Positions 43,358 through 58,488 are shown, numbered from the stretch's first letter. The stretch: DNA of 64,000 nt from Octopus vulgaris (GCA_951406725.2 OX597829.1:26598001-26662000); one strand, 5' to 3'. Notes: a model not told the origin generated them from the sequence alone. Translations and numbers: made by a program.

Positions 43358-44635
43358 GTGATGGTCGTGGTGATGATGACGAGAAGACTCTTAAACTCAA
43401 ATTACACGGTTTATATTTTTTATAATAAACTTAACTTTTTTTTAATATTTGTAACAAAAAGAGAACCCTCGCCCACTCCAAATAAACTGCTTTATAATGT
43501 GGTTCTCTCCTTTGTTTTGGATATTTTTTAACCACATGATTGAAAAGTGAGCTTCTTAGCCACACAACCTTTCCAAAAGAAAAGTTTTACACTTCACCCA
43601 AAACTATTTTGCTGCATTTTTTTTTTTTTTAGAATTAAATACTAATTCACAAAAAACCCGAAAAACATAACAAAAGCTGCTAAAGTGCAGTTTTCATTTT
43701 CAGAGGGAAGAAATAGAAAATTCATCAAGAACTCTGTTCATTAATAAACAGAAATTTTTCATTCAAAAGGTGCCAAAAATCTATTATTATAACTACTTCA
43801 ACTCTTTAAAATGTCTCTATGTTTTAAGTTTTCTCTTCAGCCCAAAACTGTTTTACTGCGGTTTTATTTCCAGAATAAAAAAAAAAGTACTGATGAAACA
43901 TTCTCAGAATCCGTTCTGAATTATTATTATTGGAAAAATAAGAAATTTCCACCTAAAGCGTTGAAATACCTCTAAGATGCGAACTTGATTTTCAGACCGA
44001 AGAAATCTGCTATGACGCACGTTTCAATTTTAGAAGAAAAACTACTTTGATGGCCATATGATGTAGTCAAAATAATATAACCATGTTACGACGACACAAA
44101 AATTCTACCTTCACGCCAATGCTATTTAAAAAAAAACCAAGATTTAAAAATATAAAAACAGAAAATAGGTAGGATTAAAAAAAATATTTTTAAAAAGCTG
44201 TTGTAATGCATGTTTGAGTTTTGAAAAATAGAAAACATGACAAGTTGTTATTTTAATAAGATTTAAAAACAAACGATATGTTACGCTTACGCCTCATCCC
44301 TGCGCCACAAAAATTTTGAAATCCGTCCACATTCTTCTCAAAAGGAGACTCTGAAAAACTGGCATCGTTCAAACATTTCGTCCTCGTCATCGTTTTAACG
44401 TCTACTTTTCTATATTTCCATGCGTCAGACGGAGTATATAAATATATTTTTTTCTATGGTCAAACGACCTTCCTTTCGGCACTCCTCACCTCTTTTCCAA
44501 GGAAAGTTGTATTTCTCCATAGGCAGGCATATTTTTCGAGGAATACCAGAAATGAATGACACTTTTACTCATTTACAATCGACAAGCAGTAGACAAAACT
44601 AGGAGACAAAACCACATACACACTTATATACACAA

Positions 44636-44697
<62 letters not shown>

Positions 44698-44748
44698 GTA
44701 TATGTATATATGTATGTGTGTTTGTTATATATATATGTATGTATGTTT

Positions 44749-44825
<77 letters not shown>

Positions 44826-44829
<4 letters not shown>

Positions 44830-45660
44830 TTAATGAGAGAGACGGAAGATAGGAGACACGAACATTTTTATTAATCACTACAATTGTTTCGACACATCTA
44901 GCATCGATCCCTCGCGGGTGGGATGCTTAACAACTGGCTCATGAGCATCCAACAGTGTAGATGTGTCTCTTCAGGTGATAAATAGATATAATTCAGCAAG
45001 GTATCGTTTCAGTTTGTGTAAAAAAAAAGTAGCAAATTAAAGAATATAGCTTCACTTATATAGAAGATCAATACTAACGAAAAGAAGTAAATGATGCAAA
45101 AAAAAAACAAATAAACAATATAGCGAAAAAGTATTAAATATAGCCGTTAACAGCTATGGATGTATAAACGCCCTCGCGTAGGTTGGATGGCGCAAGTACG
45201 CTCGCGCATACAAACATCCACAAAGATATAAGCATACCCACACGTATGGTTTGGTGCACATACGTTCACATAGCGAATTAAATAACTCTTGATATTTATA
45301 AGAATGAAGAGATTATAGCTAAATTTAATTCATCCATATCTGAAAATGAATTATGTTAACAGTTACTCAAATTCATTCCCACTGCTTTGTGCGAAAGTAC
45401 ATTTATATGCGTGTAGGCATCTTGGGAGTCTTTCAGAAATTCTATTAATGATCTTCTCTCGGTCCGCAGAATAGACAGGGATTCCTCGGAGCAGTGTCAG
45501 CATTATATGGTTTTGCGTGCCTTACAATGGGCAAAGTTATATTATACATAATTTTATCTTCCATAAGTCGCCAAAGATGTTGGATGTCTCTTATTGATTT
45601 TCTTGAAGTTGGTGACATGGTTGCGATGACAGTTCTTGAATGAGTCAGCCGTACTCCAGG
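44826..45660 (-). mobile_element. Penelope-like element 3' fragment (GIY-YIG C-terminal tail + pLTR with hammerhead)
   Basis: Minus strand: HLWRLMEDKIMYNITLPIVRHAKPY..C and INRISERLPRCLHAYK, resembling the PLE endonuclease tail. Followed by a hammerhead, AATAAA and (TA)n. Confidence 0.75.
44874..44979 (-). ncRNA. Type-I hammerhead ribozyme, canonical core, extended branched stem II
   Basis: Minus strand: ATCAC-CTGAAGA-GACACATCTA...TAGATGTGTC-GAAA-CAATTG-TA-GTGAT. Stem I 5 bp, stem II 10 bp, palindromic stem III, GUA site. AATAAA lies immediately downstream. Confidence 0.92.
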
Positions 45661-47546
45661 GGTGCTTTTGGATTTAGTCCCACTACGTTGCACCTTGGGC
45701 AAATGTCTTCTACAACAACCCCAAGTTGAAAGCCATGAGCATGGGCTTGGTAAATGCATACAGAAAAGATTGCATCATATATATATATACGTTGGTGTCT
45801 ATTTCTCTTACCATGTTAGTCGTAGACGAGTGCCATCGTCATACATAGGAATGTCCTTTGTTTCAATCTTCCATGCAAACATGTACAGCAATGGGAAGAT
45901 ATTATCTTACATGGAAACGTGAGTGTTGCCGACAGGAAGGGCATCTAGCCGAAGAAATCTACTTCGATAAATTCCGTCCGACCTATGCCGACATGGAAAA
46001 ACTGGCGTTAATATGTACTCTTCCTTTCTCTCCACCTTCCCTGCTAACCCTCCCTCAATTATTGTTCTTTATTATATTTTCACTTAACCTAGTCCCTGTT
46101 TCTAACCATCCCTCATTCTCCCATACACTCTTGCAATCTGTACTCACTCACACTTCCTGTTCTCTTGTCTTCATTCACTTCTGTTCACCTCATATCATTG
46201 AGGTTCACTCTGACACATCATCTCCACTATTTTGATCTCTTTCTAGTTCCAGCCGGCCACGCCTACTCTCTCTCTCTCTCTCTCTCTCCTATAATATGAA
46301 TAGACATGTAGCACTCCTAGAGTAAGAGACTTGTCATCCGAGTTCCTTCTCGCATTATTTAACTCCACATCTAGGAAAAGCTGCCCCTATCTCTATTGTA
46401 GCTCCACTCAGTCGAGGGAGGCCTTAGTCTTTCAAGATACACAATGACCTCACTTGCGTCGGTCTTCCGTCTCGTCGGATTCTATCAAACTGTCCAATTT
46501 ACGCCACCAAGTAACATAGACGTTGAATGATGATGATCATTATGATGAGGAGGAGAATGAGGAGGATAAATCTCTTAAAACTCTTACTACGCGGTTTATA
46601 TTTTTTTTAATAAACTCTTAGCTTTTTTTTAATATTTGTAACTAAAAGAATCACCACCACCACCCACCCCACCCAACTCACAAAAAAACTACTTTATAAT
46701 GTAAGTCTCTCCTTTGTTTTGGATATCTTTCTAAATCACCTGGTTTAGTCACATAGCTTTGTTTAATTTCAACAAAAAAAACTTTGCCCATCACCCAAAA
46801 CTCTTTTGCTGCAATTTTCTTTTAATTATTATCAAATCTAAAAATAGAATCACGAAAACCCGAAAAACATTACAAAATCTGCGAAAGTGTTGATTTGATT
46901 TTCACAAAGAGGGAACCGAAAATCTTCCAGAATTCTGTTCATTGAAAAACAGAAATATTCCTTTCAAAAGGTGTGAGAAATCTATTGTGATAACTGACTT
47001 AACCTTGTTTTAAAAAGACCTTAATGTCATAAGTTTATAAGTTTCCTCTTCGGTCAAAAACTGTTTTGCTGCGGTGTTATGTTCAGATTAAAAAATAGTA
47101 CTGATGTAACATTCTCAGAATTTGTTCTGAATTATCCTTATTCGAAAAAGAAAAGAATCCACGCAAAACGTTAAATACTGTTAAGCTGTAGACTTGATCT
47201 TCAGATGGCAGAAAGAGAAAAATCTTCTAGATTCATTAATTTAAACTTTTAAAGACAACATTAATAATCCTTCCTACTAAAGGCACTAGGTCTGAAATTT
47301 GAGAGAAGGGGGACTAGTCGATTACATCGACCTCAGTGTTTCACTGGTACTTAATTTATCGACCCTGAAAGTCGACCTCGGCAGAATCTGAACTCAAACG
47401 TAGGTACAGGCGAAATACCGCTGTGCATTTAGTCCAGCGTGCTAACGATTCTGCCAGCTCGCTGCCTGAGCAACCTTCATAATCAACAGTTAAAAACAGT
47501 TTTTCTATTGTTTTAAGAATAACAATAATAACAACAACAGCAATAA

Positions 47547-47673
<127 letters not shown>

Positions 47674-47700
47674 TAAATAATAATGATAATAATGATGATG

Positions 47701-47741
<41 letters not shown>

Positions 47742-47754
47742 GATGATGATGATG

Positions 47755-47833
<79 letters not shown>

Positions 47834-48669
47834 GTCCTGATGCATATTATAGGAATTCGTCTAGGAGGTTATTCAATAATATACAAAATACTTCCCTACA
47901 AATGGTGAATGAAAACTGTTGCAGTGTGGACTTGGCTTTCAGAGAGAAGAAACACAATTAACTATGATGCATAGCTCAGCTTTTAGAAGAAAAACTTCTT
48001 TGATAGCCATAAGATGTAGTTAAAGCAGAATAAGTATGTTAGGAAAGACACAAAAAATTCTCCTTTCATGTCAATGTTATTAAAAATTCAGGATTCAAAA
48101 TATAAAACAGAAAAGAGGTAGGATTTTTTTAGAGCTCAGAATATTCTTATAGAGCTGTTATAATGCACACTTGAGTTTTAAAAATAGGAAAAAACGATTA
48201 TGATAAACACAAATTGTAATCTTTAACAATGTTTTAAACAAACCGAAATGTCACATCTGTCCCATTAACCAACACACTCACAAAAAAAAAAAAAACTTTC
48301 AGAAATCCGTCCATATTCCTCTCAAAAGGAAAGTTATACAACTGCTATTGTACCAACTTTTCATCTTTATCATCATTTAAATATCTACTATTTTATGGTT
48401 GCATGAGCCAGACGGAATATATTGAAGCAGATTTTTCTACGAACTGATGCCCTTCCTTTCGACACCCTTGACCCTTTTTCAAAGTAATGTAATTTTTCCC
48501 CATGGCCGATCATGTTCTTCGGAGGATATTAGAAATGGATTAGGCTGCTTGTATGACAGTGTCTCTCACAATTATCGAACGCTGTGAAGATAAGGAGACA
48601 AAACATGCATACATTTATACACAGAAATATCTACATGCATATATATGTATATACATGTGTGTGTATGCC

Positions 48670-48738
<69 letters not shown>

Positions 48739-50790
48739 GAGTGGTTTCAGGTATAGTCCTACTGCACGACATCTTGAACAGGCAGACCAAAGCCTTGTGA
48801 GTAATTTCAGGAGATACGGAAAGGAGCGTGTCGTATATGCATGTGTGTATGTGTGCGTGGTGTGTGTGTGTATGTGCGTGTGTGTGTGCGTGTGTGTGTG
48901 TGTGTGTGTGTGCTGGTGTCTACTTGTTATAACAACACAAGATAGTCGTAGACGAATGCTACTGTCATACGAACGCTATCCTTTCGATCTTCTGCGCAAA
49001 CATATCTGGTCACGAGAAAATATTACATTATATGGAAACAGATGTATCTTGGCAACAAGAAGGGCATCCATCTGTAGAAATCTTCCTCAACTGATTCCAT
49101 CCGACCTATATGATCTTGGAGAAGTGGGCGTTAAAACGATGATGATGATGATGATGATGATTTCAAAACAAAATTTCTTCAAAACGAAAAAAAAATATTG
49201 AATTATTTTTATAGTTGTCACCTACTCTTCCTTTCTCCTTACTAATCCACCTATCATTGTTCTTCAGTCCCTATTTCTAAGCATACCTCATACATTCTAG
49301 GAAACTGTACCCGTTCACACACTTCCTGTTCCCCTGTTCTCACTCACTTTTACTCATCTCGTATCATTGAGGTTCCCTCTGACACATCATACCGACTAAT
49401 TTGATCTCTTTCTATTTCCAGTCGGTCACACCTATTTTCTTTTCTATAATGTGAGTAGACAACTAGCACTACTACAGCAAGAACCTTCTCTCTCTTTTTA
49501 ATCTCTTAGCCTATAGCCTAGAGTCACATACCTTTCTACAGTAGCTCTCCTTGGTCGAAGAAGATTTTAGTCTTGCAGACTAGTGTTAGTACCATGACAC
49601 ATGGCACCCATTACACTCTTTAAAGTGGCTAGCGTTAGGAAGGAATTCAGCCACAGAATCCATGCCAAAGCAAGCATTAGAGCACGAGTCGGTCTTCTGA
49701 CCCACCGGATGCTATCAAACCGTCCAACCCACACCATCATGAATATAGATGTTAAAAGATGATGATGACGATGATGATGATAGTAAGAAGAGGACTCTTG
49801 AATCTTTTATTATGCGATTTATATTTTTTTAAATAAACTCTTAACTTTTTTTTAATATTTTAAATTAAAAGTGGACCCAAAATAACTGCTTCATAATGTG
49901 GGCCTCTCCTTTGCTTTGGATATATATTTTTTTTAATTCGTTATAGATTTGCAAAAATAAAAAAATAAATAAATAAAGGGGATTCCCCAAACTACTTTAT
50001 AATGTTGGCCTTTCCTTCAAAGAGTGATTCTCCCAAACTGCTTTATAATGTGAGTTTTTTTTTTTTTAAATAAAACATTTTTTTAAATATTCATCATTTA
50101 TATGCAAAACAAAAAAATCTATGTGAACGCGTCATTTAAAAAGATTTTGTACAAATTAATGCATTTAAAGGAGTTAAAAAGTCTCTCACTTCACCCCGCC
50201 CCCAATATTCAGAGTTATCATAGCAATTAATAAAGATCAGGCTCTCCATACTGCATTGCATGTCTCTCTGACGAGGAGATAAAAACCGCTGAAGAACTTC
50301 CTATATCCAAACGAGTGTCGCAACCCACATATATATATATCTATATATTAGACAAGTAAAATACCATATTTCTCTTTCAAAATTTTCATCATATTACTAA
50401 TTACTAACGAAATTTCAATGTATAAAAAGCCTCTCTTTAGTTCATTGTGTTAAATGTGTTAGCCTACACTTTTTTTTATGTGTCCAGTCTGCAGAAGTAA
50501 TACCTGAGAAAATTTTCCAATTTCATTTCTTTTCAAAAATATTTTATAAGTGAATAAATTTTCATAAGAAACACAATCTTATTTTATTTTTTAAAACAAA
50601 CAAAAATGTATTTCATATGTGTGTATATATATATATATATGTATAGATATACACGCATACATCCATACATATGCACATCCTCTCATACATATATACATAG
50701 TCTTTAAGACATGTATATGCCCTTATACATGAGTGTGTGTATGTTTATGTACGTTTGTATGTGCATATGTGTATATATATGTGTATATAT

Positions 50791-50879
<89 letters not shown>

Positions 50880-51052
50880 TTAATCTAAACAGAAGGAACG
50901 CATATTCAGACAAGCAGAATTTGAAGGTTGACATTATATATATATAAAATTTTGATTCAGATGAATATGGTACTTAAGTTGAGGCACCAGAATTTAGTAC
51001 GTTGTTATCCATACAATTTCAAAGTAAGGTGATTAAAATCAAAATAAGCAAC

Positions 51053-51312
51053 AAGGATATCCAGAGGTAATGCAGTACGATCATTTCATAGAGTAACATC
51101 TATGCTGAAGTAGAGACATGTTCTTTGTCTATCTCCTTAACTTCTTGGAGATTTTAGGTATAATTAATGTGTCCATCTGTTCTAATTTAATTAAATTCTA
51201 TGTCTTTGTGCAGCTGAAGTTACTCTACATTTTAAATTGATGTAATGATTGCATTGTTCAATTAAATGGAGTTGCATGAAACGATCGTACTGCATTACCT
51301 CTGGATATCCTT
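51053..51312. repeat. Inverted repeat (37-bp arms, 1 mismatch) in a (TA)n-bounded element
   Basis: AAGGATATCCAGAGGTAATGCAGTACGATCATTTCAT versus ATGAAACGATCGTACTGCATTACCTCTGGATATCCTT. Confidence 0.9.
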
Positions 51313-51318
51313 ATCTTG

Positions 51319-51393
<75 letters not shown>

Positions 51394-51491
51394 ACTTGTT
51401 CTATTTTTATTCCTGAGCGCCATACTAATACAATTGTTTGTTTGTACTCCACCTGCCTTCGTATTTTGTTTATTTTCGTAAACCTTCCCGT

Positions 51492-51523
<32 letters not shown>

Positions 51524-51524
51524 T

Positions 51525-52334
51525 GAGGCCCAACTATTCTCTCAGTTCACCAAACCCACTCCTGAACTCCTATTACATTGACGACTGTATCGGCACGACC
51601 TCACCCTCCAGTAAACATTTCGACTCCTTCTTCTTTTCATTCAGTCCTTCCATCCCGCCCTCGAATTCTCCAGCTCTGTCTTTAACACCTATATCAATCT
51701 TTTCGACGTTTCTATCACTATTCACCACTATTCTCTTACCAACTCTGTCCGTTATAAACCCACAGACTCACACTATTACCTCAACTTCTCCTCCTCCCAC
51801 CATTCCCACACCAAACTGTCCATTCTTCACTCTCAGTTTCTCTGTCTGCGCCGGCTCTGCAGTGATGACCATAATTTCGAAACACAGTATTAACTCATGG
51901 CTTGCTACTTCACCCGACAGGGATACCCCGCACCGTTATCCAAACCGCCCTCACCCGTGCACAATCTGTTGACCGTGCATCCGCTCCCTCTGACCTGCTT
52001 CCCTTTCCTCTCACCCACCAGCCTCCACCCTGCCCATCGAATGCATCATTCTTCGAGCTTACCGTCGACTCTGACCAGATCCCTCCACCTCCCACATCTT
52101 TCTCGACCTATCCCTCCCGTCCTTCAAAAGTTCCAATAACCTACTTCACCTTCTGATATGTAGCTTCTTCCTTACTCATGACACGTAACCTGGCTCTTTC
52201 CTTTGCTCTCGTCCACGCTGCCGCACCTACCACCACAGCCTCTACCATATCACCAATTCATTCACCTGTAATCTACCGTATCTACAACTATGTAATCTAC
52301 CGTATCTTTTGCTCTCTCTCTCTCTCCCTCTCTT

Positions 52335-52376
<42 letters not shown>

Positions 52377-52620
52377 TCCCTGTACATTGGTCAAACTGGC
52401 CGACATTTAGCCGCCCAGTTTACTGAACATCAGACTCGGCAACGACACCCCGGTTTTGCATCTCTTCCGTTCGATCGGTTACTCACTACAACATATGTCT
52501 GTGTTCAGACTTGGTCTTGCACAGAGACCACCCGGAGCCCTGCCTCCGTCAAAATCAGGAAATTATTATTTTTTCTCTTCATACCTCGGTTCTTCATGGT
52601 CTTAATTCATCACCTCACTT
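51525..52620 (+). pseudogene. Penelope-like element RT thumb + GIY-YIG endonuclease relic
   Basis: Frameshifted motifs YIDDCIG, YKPTDSHYYLNFSSSH, SQFLCLRRLCS, ..GYP and NYVIYRI.C..YIGQTGR.L..QFTEH. Confidence 0.88.
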
Positions 52621-53624
52621 CATCTAAACCCATCTCCACAAACATTTACGCACATCAAATTCCTCTCACTGTTCACTGCCCCTTCTTTTCCACCCCCACA
52701 CGCCTTCTCTACACCATAATACTCACACCATTATGCTACTACAACACATACACACACACTTCTTCCCACTTCCTACACTCCAAATCCTAACACCCCTACC
52801 TCCCAACCACCTCGCACCTCCATCCAGGTCGACCTACATGCATCCCCTATACCACACACATACGTCAGATCGCCTTACACACACATACAAGCATCTTTAC
52901 ACACATATACATATGCACAATACAGAATATTACACACGTATCAACTCCATACATACTCGTACACAAGGTATCCAACAGCCCCATATACATACACTAACTG
53001 GTAACAAGAACACGTACAAACGCTCACATACATACACATAAACATACACAATATTCACGCATAAACAAACATAACACACACACACACACAACATTGTTAC
53101 ACTCACACTTTATGCACAAATACACACACGCATACACACACCTGAAAAATGACACAAGAGCAGATGCGCACGCACACGCTACACGCATAACATATACACA
53201 CGCACACATTAGCTGCTGCACACATGCGTTTGTACAAGCATGCACACGCGTGTACGCACCCAATAGTCGCACACATACATATGTTAGACAACTACACACA
53301 CTTTCACACATATACACACATTAATACACAGAGCACACAAACCCACATCGCTCTACACACGCGCGCGTACTTGTTTACTCCCACACATACATTCACACGC
53401 AAACTCCCATACATACACGCTCATATAATTCTCATACTCACACACATGCTTGCCCACACATACATACACGCGCTCACCCATACACATATACACATACACG
53501 TTTGCGCCTACACACTTTAGCCGGGTTACTGTTGTTTCCCTTTACCACCAACCAATTCCTTCCCGCTAATCCAAACACGTTTTTTTTTTGTATTTTCGCT
53601 CTCGGTTTTTTTTCCTCTCTTTTA

Positions 53625-54118
53625 CTCTTTTACTTGTTTCAGTCATTTTGACTGTGGCCATGGTGGAGCACCGCCTTTAGTCGAGCTAATCGACTCCAGG
53701 ACTTACTCTTCGTAAGCCTAGTGCTTATTCTATCGGTCTATTTTGCCGAACCACCAGTTATTATCTATTTTGCCGAACCGCCATAAAAGGCGGCGAGCTG
53801 GCAGAAACGTTAGCACGCCGGGCGAAATGCGTGGCCGTATTTCGTCTGCCGTTACGTTCCGAGTTCAAATTCCGCCGAGGTCGACTTTGCCTTTCATCCT
53901 TTCGGGGTCGATAAATTAAGTACCAGTTACGCACTGGGGTCGATATAATCGACTTAATCCGTTTGTCTGTCATTGTTTGTCCCCTCTGTGTTTAGCCCCT
54001 TGTGGGTAGTAAAGATATATATTTTGCCGAACCACTAAGTTACGGTGACGTAAACACACCAGCATCGGTTGTCAAGCGATGTTGGGGTGGGGGCAAATGC
54101 AGACATGCAAACATATAC

Positions 54119-54151
<33 letters not shown>

Positions 54152-54310
54152 CATATATATACGACGGGCTTCTTTCAGTTTCCGTCTATTAAATCCACTC
54201 ACAAGGCTTTGGTCGGCCCGAGACTATAGTAGAAGACACTTGCCCAAGGTGCCACGCAGTAGGACTGAACCTGGAACCATGTGGTTCGTAAGCAAGCTAC
54301 TTGCCACACC
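53625..54310 (-). mobile_element. Family-B SINE with a nested, oppositely oriented family-A SINE (53789-54015, +)
   Basis: The B body is broken at TATTTTGCCGAACC, which occurs three times around the A copy (~53739, ~53765, ~54019). Confidence 0.85.
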
Positions 54311-55045
54311 ATTGTTTTCTTTTTTACTTCCTTTCGGTGGAGGAGCGTAGGTTCGAAACGTGAAAGACATTTCCATTTTACCTGGGCGTCAAATTGATAT
54401 ATATTGTTGTTCTCTCACCTATCTCTATTTTCTCATTTTTACACCACATTTCTCAGCCTTCCCTTCATTCTCATCACTTTTCCTCCTCCTTTACTTCACT
54501 CTCCCGTTCCTTTCTTTTTCTCTCTTTCTCGTCCCTCTCTAATTCTTCAATCCCTCTGCCCCTTACTCCTCTCTTTCCACGTGACCGGTGTTCCGCCATG
54601 CCTGATCTTTCTTTCTTGATTCGACTACCAACCATGTAGCATCTCTTATATTCCTTCCCATGACTTTCATCTCTTATGTTCTTGCCGTAAAAAATAACAT
54701 CCACACACGCCAGCTCAATCTAATTCGTTCTAAATCGAAAGACACCTGTTGTTGTTTGTGTGCCATTTTCCCGCTTTTTTTTTTCGTCCTTGTTTTCGTA
54801 TACATTCGCTTGCTTTCTTCCAAAGAATCTAGTGCTATCAGCTTAGATTTTCTTGGGGGCGGCCAGATTGGAGCAGTTTCGAGTGTAACCGGCCGAAGCT
54901 GCAACTACGATCTGGAACTCGACTGAAGATAGAAAGCTCCGAATGACCCGTCCTTGTTTTTTCCTGTCCATTTTTTGTATCGTCTAACTGTCCGGACGTT
55001 TTGTTGTCGCCTGTTACGTTCTTGTTCCAAGTTTTGCTTTGTTTT

Positions 55046-55088
<43 letters not shown>

Positions 55089-55199
55089 AATGTATGTATA
55101 TACAGTATTCGGACTAAATTTGACAATTTTGCATATAAGAAAAAAAAAACAATTTTATACCATCCAAAAATAAAACAAATTTAAAAATAGAAAAAATAT

Positions 55200-55450
55200 C
55201 AACTAGATTATGGCTGTGAGTTAACATTTTCCCAAAGAAGCCGTTTCCACCTTCTATCACGGCCTCGAGACGGCTCCGAACCTGACGAATGCGTTTCTCA
55301 CTGTGTCCTAGGAAGATTTTTGAACACCTTCTTCATCTTATATGTAAGAGGCTCATGTTTTGAGTTTTATATTCCTGCATGCATCTGTTCTCAACTGCAG
55401 CTTTAACTTTTCATGCTCTTCGACGCAGTTGAATGTTCACGAATACACCT
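55200..55450 (-). mobile_element. Tc1/mariner-superfamily transposase C-terminal relic
   Basis: Minus-strand translation ends ..RSRLEAVIEGGNGFF, resembling the RLEAVIxAxGGYF terminus. Confidence 0.55.
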
Positions 55451-55769
55451 AGCTGTCATTGAAAAAAACAAGGAGATATAAAAAATCGACAAATTTATCC
55501 CCAACAACCTGTTTGTGTGTGTGTATGTATATATGTATGTATAAATATATATATATAATACTTTTTCTTTTACTTGTTTCAGTCATTTTGGCTGCGGCCA
55601 TCCTGGGGCACCGACTTTAGTCGAACAAATAGACCCAGGACTTATTCTTTGTAAGCCTAATACTTATTCTATCGATTTCTTTTGCTGAACGGCTAAGTTA
55701 CGGGCACGTAAACACACCAGCATCGGTTGTCAAGTGATGTTGGGGGGACAAACACAGACACACAAACAT

Positions 55770-55815
<46 letters not shown>

Positions 55816-55946
55816 GACGGGCTTCTTCCAGATTCCATCTAACAAATCCACTCACATGACTTTAGTAGGCCCAAGGTGACACGCAGTGGGACTGAACCCG
55901 GAACCATGTAGTCGGTAAGCAAGCTACTTACCACACAGTCACTCTT

Positions 55947-56002
<56 letters not shown>

Positions 56003-56004
<2 letters not shown>

Positions 56005-57430
56005 TTTATTTAAAGCAGCAGAAAATTCAACAAAACCTGTTACTCTGAGTTTCCCGTTGCCGTTCATCGGAGAGTTTTTGCTAGAATAGAACCCATATGT
56101 CAATTCTATCCAGACTATTACAAACGCTACACCTTTAAAAATGAACTTGTTTGATTGGCCCTTTAGAAATAACGGTCAATTTTCGATCGATAAACAAAAA
56201 TGAGCCCAAAAAAATATATATTTATATATATATATATAAAATATATAAAAATTATAAAATTCGAGGAAAAATCTTATATTGAATAAAATACATATTGACC
56301 TTAATGAAGGAAATATAATTAATACATGGAAAATGTTAAAATGCATTAAAAGGTACATATATATCAACATACACAGTTAGATGCGTGCAAATCACATACA
56401 TATACAGACGTATAAATATACAGCTAAAATATACACACAAATGCATGTATACATATGTATACGCAATCTAGTTAGCACGCAAGCTAAAATCATGGATGGT
56501 GAAGTAGCGTTCTTATTTACGATGCAAAGTTTAAGACATGAGTAAGGGAGGGGGGACGTAAAGTTACAAGTATCGGATAGGTAGAGAAAAAACGAAAGAA
56601 AGGAAGAGAGAGAAAAAAAGAAAAAGGGGGAAGGAAAAAAAGAAGAAAATGGAGGGGGAAACGAAAGAAGAAAAAAAGAAAAATTATGTATACAAACTGT
56701 GTAACCACGTATATTGACACATATATATAGAGACAAGTACGCAAACACACAAGTCCAAGTGGATACATACATACAATCGTGTATGTGTGTGCTTAAGTAC
56801 AAACATACGCTCACTTACACATACACAGAGACGTATGCTTACAAATACATATTCGTGGCTATACACATATTTACATCAAAATTCTAGCTTTTAACAATAT
56901 TGCTTTTAAAAAAATAGTGAGTGTAATAATAAAAATTATACGAAAGACATGTAAAATATAACACCCTATTTCGGATCATCTATAAATTAAAAATCAAAGT
57001 AAGCCTATACAATATAATAACATGAAATAAACTAAGCCGAAGGTTTTTCCTAAGGAATATGTAGAAATATAAACAAAATAAACAAAATATATGCATGAGA
57101 CCTTGCTATACGGAATGAAATCTGCATAGCGCGAAACAAATCCATCGTTGCGTTTACATACTAGTCCAAGAATCAAAATCAAAATGTCAAAAATCAAAAT
57201 ACAAAAAGACAAAATATATACTCTATCCATATGGTATATTTATGTTTGACATTTTAAATTTGGTTGCGTGCCTGCATAAGTTCATCAGCTCACTTCTTTG
57301 ATTGAAAGAATTATTGTCTTTGAATAAAATATAAAGTTTCTCTAACAGGCAAAGATTGCATTTAAAATTATTCGTGTGTGCTCCATGTCTGTATGGTGCC
57401 GCTCTGTCCAGAATGCTCCATGTCACGTTG
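56003..57430 (-). mobile_element. Penelope-like element 3' fragment (GIY-YIG tail, 3' region, degenerate hammerhead)
   Basis: ORF 57223-57426: TWSILDRAAPY...CNLCLLEKLYIL...NQRSELMNLCRHATKF. A hammerhead-like motif at 56037-56074 is followed by AATAAA and (TA)n. Confidence 0.75.
56037..56074 (-). ncRNA. Degenerate minimal type-I hammerhead motif
   Basis: Minus strand: CTCT-CCGATGA-ACGGCAACGG-GAAA-CTCAGAG-TA-ACAG. It has a CCGA core variant, one mismatch in stem I and an imperfect stem II. Confidence 0.55.
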
Positions 57431-57538
57431 AAAGGTGGGGTTTCCTTTTCTTTTAGTTCCCAGACATATTTTGCTAGGCTGGTCCTCTATATATAAGAAG
57501 AGGTTGCGCGCTCGCGAGTATGTGCACGTGTGCATGTG

Positions 57539-57577
<39 letters not shown>

Positions 57578-58016
57578 AAAAGTATGTATGCGCATAAGAT
57601 CGAGGTGTAGGAAGAAAGTGAGTTTCAAGCAATCCGTAGAAATATAAAAACAACTTCCAGGGACAATAATAGTTTATTGGGGCGGAAAGTTGTGATTTTT
57701 TTCTGTATCGAAGTACAACAATAAGCTGAAAAAAACTATTTTATATTTCACGATAGGCAGGCAAGGTTCCCAGGTATGCGAATAAGAATACAAGAGTTAA
57801 GGAATGGAGTAGATAGCGAGCGAAACCTCGGAAGAAGTATCCAAACGAGGTGCATGCAACAGGTTACCCTTCAGGCCAAGGGTATCTTTGTTAGATGAAG
57901 TTTACATTGTCGTTAGGAGGCACATGTTAACACATGGAGGTTCCGATCAGAATAAATAGAGAGTACAGTTTCAATGTGGAGATTTATGTGTGTATGCATG
58001 TATGTGTGTATGTAAG

Positions 58017-58087
<71 letters not shown>

Positions 58088-58124
58088 GTATGTGTATATA
58101 TATATATATATGTATGTATGTATG

Positions 58125-58168
<44 letters not shown>

Positions 58169-58428
58169 TATACAATTATATATATATAATGATAATATAA
58201 ATAAAAATTATATATATATATATATATGCATGTATACATACATATATGAACGTACATACATATGTCTATATATATGCATATATGGGTACAGGACGTCACA
58301 TGAAATACGAAAACAACATAAAATACGAAGGTAAACTTGGGTATGCGAACGAGAGATGCAAATGGAAAACAAGTTAAGTGAACGACCCTTCATCGGTTGT
58401 CGGCTGTTAAACTACTCCACATTTCGAG

Positions 58429-58488
<60 letters not shown>

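Noticed and set aside
54920-54955. Hammerhead in the CTGAAGA..CGAATGACCCGTC family (also ~12117, ~32580)
   Set aside because: It has GAAU instead of GAAA and no stem I pairing was found. It may be a variant or decayed motif but cannot be supported.
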